This document shows positions 59,137-64,000 of a stretch of 64,000 bases of DNA, one piece after another. The notes under the pieces are model-generated. The model worked only from the letters and a program-made list of their open reading frames with translations, did no database searches and was not told the DNA's origin. The stretch is from Prevotella sp. (GTDB lineage: Bacteria; Bacteroidota; Bacteroidia; Bacteroidales; Bacteroidaceae). Each line of letters starts with the position of its first letter. Positions within the stretch are counted from its first letter, which is position 1. Both the position numbers and the translations under genes were made by a program. The stretch lies in contig JAEEPF010000001.1 in the NCBI GenBank assembly GCA_016284635.1, positions 10,041-74,040 on the forward strand, written 5' to 3'.

Positions 59137-59805
59137 TTACATTTTATACAATTCGCCCCATTGTTTGCGGACTTCATCGCGGTCCACCTCATCAATCAGG
59201 ATCTCTGACAGCGCCGTAATGACCTCAAACGGAATCTGAAAGCGAGGATCATCGTTATGCGGATTGAGAGCAGGCAGGAAACCGGTCATCTCGTGCTTAT
59301 AGACCTCCCTCATCCGATTGCCGTCCCTACCACTGTCTATCGAACAGGAGTAGGTTACATTAGCCAGACGGTCACAGAGCTTTACAAACGGAGCATATGG
59401 CGTCTCACGTATACCTTGATAGTACTTCTCCCCTGCCCGTTCGGAACGGGTACGGCCCTTATCATTGGTCAGGGCATAGACGATCTCCGTTCCCAGCAGC
59501 GCCTGCTCCTCCGTCATCCACCGACGGGCCACCTTCATCACATCGTTGTAGGTCAGGCGCGCATCCTCGATACTGTCGTGGTAAAAGGCGCCAAAAAAGA
59601 TGGGCAGCACATCTTCATCCCTGACACACACCAGATGGCCGTAGCAACAGACACCCTCAACCACCATATCCAGATGAAAGCCGTATGGCAACTCGTCGCC
59701 ATAGGTCTCATTCACGTTCTGATGCAACTCGTGGGCAGCAAGTCTAATTTCCTCAATCTGCTTGGCATACTTCTCCTGCGAAGCCTGAAAATCTTCTTTT
59801 GTCAT
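59137..59805 (-). CDS. Stand-alone HD-domain phosphohydrolase (SpoT/Mesh1-like)
   Basis: AHELH...YG.ELPY..HL, YHDSIED, VYALT, VKLCDRLAN. Confidence 0.75.
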   Translation of the reverse strand: MTKEDFQASQEKYAKQIEEIRLAAHELHQNVNETYGDELPYGFHLDMVVEGVCCYGHLVCVRDEDVLPIFFGAFYHDSIEDARLTYNDVMKVARRWMTEEQALLGTEIVYALTNDKGRTRSERAGEKYYQGIRETPYAPFVKLCDRLANVTYSCSIDSGRDGNRMREVYKHEMTGFLPALNPHNDDPRFQIPFEVITALSEILIDEVDRDEVRKQWGELYKM

Positions 59806-59895
59806 ACAAAAACATTAAATTCCGCTGCAAAGATACAAAATATTATGCATTATGCGTTATGTATTATGAATTATTTTTGTACTTTTGCAGCGATT

Positions 59896-61332
59896 ATGGT
59901 AAAAAGTCCCCATCCACTCATCGCCATCGTCCCCGTAGTGGTGCTCATCGGACTCCTGGCCGTAGCCATCTCGCTCTTCGGCAGCGACTCCCTCAGCGGC
60001 GGCAGTCAGATAGCCCTGCTCATGGGTATGGCCGTCTGCGTCAGCCTCTCAATGACGATCTACAAGACACCTTGGCGCACGTTTGAGAAACAGATCAAGG
60101 CGACGCTTGGTGAAGTGAGCATTACCCTGCTCATCCTGCTATGTGTGGGCATGTTGGCAGGTTCGTGGATGGTCAGCGGCATCGTTCCCACCTTAATATA
60201 TTATGGGGTGCAGATTATGTCGCCACAGTTCTTCTTGGTATCATCGTGCATCATCTGCGCCCTCGTATCGCTGCTCTCAGGCAGTTCATGGACCACCATC
60301 GCCACCATCGGCGTCGCCCTGTTAGGCATCGGCCACGCCTTAGGCGTTTCTGAGGCTTGGACGGCAGGTGCCATCATCTCCGGCGCCTACTTCGGCGACA
60401 AGATGTCACCTCTGAGCGATACCACCATCCTTGCCTCGTCTGCCACAGGCACCGACCTCTTCGTTCACATCCGCTATATGATGTTCACCACGATGCCCAC
60501 CTTCCTCATCACCATCACCATCTTCTTCATCACAGGACTGGACGGCGATGCAAGTACAGAGATTGAGGTCAGCGAATATACGGATGGACTGTCGCGAACC
60601 TTCAATATCTCTATATGGACGCTGTTGGTGCCGCTGCTGACAGGTGTGCTCATCGCTCGTCGGGTGCCGTCGCTCATCGTACTCTTCGCCTCATCTGTGA
60701 TGGCAGGCATCGTGGCCCTCATTCTCCAGCCGCATATCCTCTGCGAGATAGCTGGTGGAGGAGGTGATGCCTCGGCTGCCTCACTGACCCGTGGACTGGC
60801 CATCACCTATTTCGGAGCGACGGCCGTTGATACAGGCAACGCCTCACTCAACGAACTGATCTCCACCAGCGGTATGGCTGGTATGCTCAACACCATCTGG
60901 CTCATCCTCTGCGCTATGTGCTTTGGTGCGGCGATGGTGGCCAGCCGTATGATTGAGAGTATCACAAAGGTTGTCATTCGTTTCATCCGCAACCGCATCA
61001 GCCTCGTGTCGTCCACCGTCGGCACAGGCATCTTCCTCAACATCACCACTGGCGACCAGTTCATCTCCATCGTCCTCAATGCTGATATATATAAAGAGGT
61101 ATATAAGCAAGAGGGCTATGAGTCGCGGCTGTTGAGCCGTACGACGGAGGATGCGGCGACCGTCACCTCAGTGCTCATCCCCTGGAACACCTGCGGCATG
61201 ACACAGTCCACGGTGCTGGGTGTCCCCACCCTCACCTATCTCCCCTATTGTTTCTTCAACCTGCTTTCACCACTGATGAGCATCTTTATCGCTGCCATCG
61301 GCTGGAAGATCAAAAAAAACGAACGTGAATAA
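59896..61332 (+). CDS. nhaC: Na+/H+ antiporter NhaC family (start revised to 59896)
   Basis: SGIVPTLIYYG, GSSWTT..TIG, SGAYFGDKMSPLSDTT, SRTTED..T..LIPW. Confidence 0.9.
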   Translation: MVKSPHPLIAIVPVVVLIGLLAVAISLFGSDSLSGGSQIALLMGMAVCVSLSMTIYKTPWRTFEKQIKATLGEVSITLLILLCVGMLAGSWMVSGIVPTLIYYGVQIMSPQFFLVSSCIICALVSLLSGSSWTTIATIGVALLGIGHALGVSEAWTAGAIISGAYFGDKMSPLSDTTILASSATGTDLFVHIRYMMFTTMPTFLITITIFFITGLDGDASTEIEVSEYTDGLSRTFNISIWTLLVPLLTGVLIARRVPSLIVLFASSVMAGIVALILQPHILCEIAGGGGDASAASLTRGLAITYFGATAVDTGNASLNELISTSGMAGMLNTIWLILCAMCFGAAMVASRMIESITKVVIRFIRNRISLVSSTVGTGIFLNITTGDQFISIVLNADIYKEVYKQEGYESRLLSRTTEDAATVTSVLIPWNTCGMTQSTVLGVPTLTYLPYCFFNLLSPLMSIFIAAIGWKIKKNERE

Positions 61333-61466
61333 TTGAGGTTTATCACGATTTAAGTAAAATTAATTAAAAGTATTTGCGTTTTTACTTGCAACTTTTAAAT
61401 CTTTTTTGTAAATTTGCACCGTCAAACGACAAATTAATCATTTAATAACACAAAAAGGAAAAAGTT

Positions 61467-61952
61467 ATGAAGAAATTAATGATGATTGCTGCCATGATGC
61501 TCATGAGCGTCGGCGCATTTGCTCAGGACGGGAAGTTTGCTGTTGGTGTTGACTTCAACTATCTTATTGACAGCGATGCGAGTCGTATGGCTCCTGGTGT
61601 CAAGCTTCAGTATGAGTTTATTGAGGACTTCCGCGCTGAAGTTAACTTCAAGTACTATCCTAAGAAGTATTCTGTATCTAACTGGAATGTTAATGCCAAT
61701 ATCCAGTATGTCATTCCCGTGACAGACATGTTCAGAGTATATCCTCTTGTTACATTTGGTGTTTTGGGCTCTAGCCCTGAGTATGGTGAAGGCTCTTCTG
61801 CTTTCGTCTTTGGAGGTGGTGCTGGTGCAGAATACTTCCTTACCGAGAACGTCAAAGTGTATCTCGACGCCATTTACCAGTATGGTAAGAAGGACGGCTT
61901 CAAGGTGGTTAACAATCCTCTCCTCTCACTCGGTATCGCCTACGCATTCTAA
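61467..61952 (+). CDS. Outer-membrane beta-barrel (porin-like) protein
   Basis: Signal peptide, alternating beta strands, C-terminal LGIAYAF. Confidence 0.8.
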   Translation: MKKLMMIAAMMLMSVGAFAQDGKFAVGVDFNYLIDSDASRMAPGVKLQYEFIEDFRAEVNFKYYPKKYSVSNWNVNANIQYVIPVTDMFRVYPLVTFGVLGSSPEYGEGSSAFVFGGGAGAEYFLTENVKVYLDAIYQYGKKDGFKVVNNPLLSLGIAYAF

Positions 61953-61973
61953 GCAACACATTTAATATCATTT

Positions 61974-62005
61974 AAAACCACATCTCTTGCAGATGTGGTT
62001 TTTTT
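61974..62005 (+). terminator. Intrinsic terminator
   Basis: AAAACCACATCT-cttgc-AGATGTGGTTTT followed by more T. Confidence 0.85.
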
Positions 62006-62054
62006 GTTGTATCTTTGCACCCACAAGACCAACAAGACTAAAATCAAACAGCAA

Positions 62055-63422
62055 ATGAAGGAAAAAGACAGCCCCAACATGAATCGACGCGAGTTTCTCA
62101 AGAGACTCGGCATCGGCACAGGCTCTGCCATCGGACTGATGGCCTTTGAGCCGTTATCCGCCTTGGCACAGAGTGAGAAGAAAGATACTGTCATCGACAA
62201 CCGCATGACCTACCGCGTGCAGCACGGCTCAGGCAAGCAGGTGTCGCTGCTCGGCTTCGGCATGATGCGGTTGCCTAACGATCAGGACGAGGTGAACCAA
62301 TTGGTGGATTACGCCATTGAGCACGGCGTGAACTACTTCGACACGGCACCGATGTACATGGGCGGACAGTCGGAGGTGCTCACCGGCAATGCCCTCAGCC
62401 GCCATCCTCGCGACAAATATTTCGTGGCCACGAAGATGTCGAATCAGCGAAACAATCTCTGGAACTTCGAAGATGCACAGCGTATGTACTATCAGTCCTT
62501 CCAGCGATTAAAGGTCGACCATATCGACTACTACCTCCTGCACAGCATTGGCGGCGGAGGTGTGGATGCCCTGCACGGACGATTCCTTGACAACGGGCTG
62601 CTCGACTTCCTGATGAAGGAGCGCGAGGCAGGCCGCATACGCCACCTTGGATTCTCCTACCACGGCGACGTGAGCGCCTTTGACTGGTTGCTCGACCACA
62701 ACGATGAATACCACTGGGATTTCGTACAGATCCAGATGAACTTCCTCGATTGGCGGCACGCCTCGCTCAACACAAACGGATGGAGGAAGGATGCCGACGC
62801 TGAGTACTTATATAATAAATGTGAGAAGCTCGGCATCCAGAACGTCGTCATGGAACCGCTGCGTGGTGGAGCCTTCGGACGCATGGCCCAGGAGCTTGAG
62901 GATCAGTTGAAAGCCCGTCGCCCTGACGACAGCACCGCCCGCTGGGCCTTCCGCTGGGTGGGTTCCCATTCCAACATCCTCACCGTGCTCAGCGGCATGA
63001 ACCGTATGGATCATCTGGAAGAGAATGTCGCCACCTTCTCGCCACTCGAGGTATGTACAGATGCAGAGAACACGCTGCTCGCCGACATTGCCGACCAGAT
63101 GTCAGGCTTCCCGACCATCCCCTGTACCACCTGCGAATACTGCATGCCCTGTCCTTACGGTGTCAACATCCCTGGCAACTTCGCCTACTACAACGAGGCC
63201 GTCACTGAGCACATTCTGCCCCTGCCGGCTCCCACAGCAGCCGACTACGCAGAACGCCAGCAACAGTTCATCGAGGGTTATCGCAAGGCCTTGCCAAATG
63301 CCGAGACCTGGGCCCGTGCCTGCCAGGACTGCGAGGAGTGTCTGCCCAAGTGTCCCCAGCAGATCCGCATCCCCAATCAGATGAGCCGCATCGTGGAGAC
63401 CCTCCGCGTCAGAAGAAGATAG
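62055..63422 (+). CDS. Aldo/keto reductase with Tat signal and C-terminal 4Fe-4S domain (start revised to 62055)
   Basis: MNRREFLK twin-Arg; LGFGMMRLP, NYFDTA..Y, MEPLRGG, CTTCEYCMPCP...CQDCEECLPKCPQ. Confidence 0.9.
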   Translation: MKEKDSPNMNRREFLKRLGIGTGSAIGLMAFEPLSALAQSEKKDTVIDNRMTYRVQHGSGKQVSLLGFGMMRLPNDQDEVNQLVDYAIEHGVNYFDTAPMYMGGQSEVLTGNALSRHPRDKYFVATKMSNQRNNLWNFEDAQRMYYQSFQRLKVDHIDYYLLHSIGGGGVDALHGRFLDNGLLDFLMKEREAGRIRHLGFSYHGDVSAFDWLLDHNDEYHWDFVQIQMNFLDWRHASLNTNGWRKDADAEYLYNKCEKLGIQNVVMEPLRGGAFGRMAQELEDQLKARRPDDSTARWAFRWVGSHSNILTVLSGMNRMDHLEENVATFSPLEVCTDAENTLLADIADQMSGFPTIPCTTCEYCMPCPYGVNIPGNFAYYNEAVTEHILPLPAPTAADYAERQQQFIEGYRKALPNAETWARACQDCEECLPKCPQQIRIPNQMSRIVETLRVRRR

Positions 63423-63431
63423 AATCAGTTG

Positions 63432-64000
63432 TCAATTACCGTTTATAATACGAACAATATCGGCAGCATTGACTGTGTTATCGCCACTCATAATACGATT
63501 CACCACCTCAGTAATCATGCCTAATGGCGATCCAGACCTGTTCACATAAAACGACTTACTGAGCGTTTCGCCAGTAAAATCCGTATAACTGACTGTCACA
63601 AGCGACCTTTCACTTGTGGCAGCCTTTATTTCGTTACCGTTGACTGTCAGACTTGGACCAATCTTAGTCACAACGGCCTGGGCTGTGACATCCTCAGAAT
63701 GTCCATCCTCAAAATAAGCAGTCACTGGGATCTTACAAGTACCGTTTGGTTGAAGATCGATGTTCTGATAGGATTCAAGACGAGTGGCCTTATAGAACTT
63801 CCGAAGGCTTTCATGCAACTGATAGTTGACATCCTTATGGGCCGGATAGCCCAACAGTTCCAACATCTTGATGGCATAGCGCTTGCCCATGATGCGATAA
63901 CCCGACGGGGAAAAATGCAGGCCCACCTCATCGCAAGGACATTTATAAGAACTGATGACATGGGCTGTAGGAATGCGCGACGGCAACTGTGCTATGATAT
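63432..64000 (-). CDS. CE6/sialate O-acetylesterase-type esterase, 5'-partial, with a degenerate dockerin-like tail
   Basis: Frame open to window end; GLHFSPSGYRIMGKRYA resembles the D..HF...GY..LG.RYA catalytic end of SGNH/CE6 enzymes; ends IMSGDNTVNAADIVRIIN. Confidence 0.6.
   Translation of the reverse strand, partial: IIAQLPSRIPTAHVISSYKCPCDEVGLHFSPSGYRIMGKRYAIKMLELLGYPAHKDVNYQLHESLRKFYKATRLESYQNIDLQPNGTCKIPVTAYFEDGHSEDVTAQAVVTKIGPSLTVNGNEIKAATSERSLVTVSYTDFTGETLSKSFYVNRSGSPLGMITEVVNRIMSGDNTVNAADIVRIINGN

Noticed and set aside
59257-59895. N-terminal extension of NhaC (691-aa ORF)
   Set aside because: Overlaps the HD gene antisense and crosses the promoter; real start is ATG 59896

Overview
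A 64-kb chromosomal segment from a Bacteroidales bacterium, most likely a rumen/gut Prevotella/Xylanibacter. The basis is TAnnTTTG -7 promoter boxes, GH2/GH67/GH29/GH20 CAZymes, a vor/kor operon, a DAHP synthase-chorismate mutase fusion and a BspA-LRR protein. Most genes are housekeeping or carbohydrate-related: U32/RlhA-like, metA, pepO, ABC-F, tex, 2-oxoacid:ferredoxin oxidoreductase, folD, ffh, queH, djlA, suhB, the Phe/Tyr operon and nhaC. I saw no rRNA, tRNA, CRISPR array, integrase or transposase. Four things stand out. (1) A tightly coupled five-gene operon (3974-12582) encodes a multi-zinc-ribbon protein, a membrane Ser/Thr kinase, a zinc-ribbon protein with four tandem SpoVK/CbbX-type AAA+ modules, a zinc-ribbon-FHA protein and a PP2C phosphatase; it is a candidate undescribed signalling or conflict system. 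(2) Miniature palindromic and inverted tandem-repeat elements of several families are very dense, and many lie in frame inside otherwise intact housekeeping genes. (3) An accessory region (about 29.8-39.1 kb) holds a SNF2 helicase, a DUF3990 pair bracketed by 87-bp hairpin+promoter direct repeats, a structured leader before the BspA gene, a gutted DUF4160 toxin before its DUF2442 partner, and a 379-bp nested palindrome followed by 22-bp iteron-like repeats. (4) An unannotated Tyr/Phe-rich leader-peptide attenuator precedes the aromatic amino-acid operon. All family assignments come from motif recognition by eye; no database searches were run.
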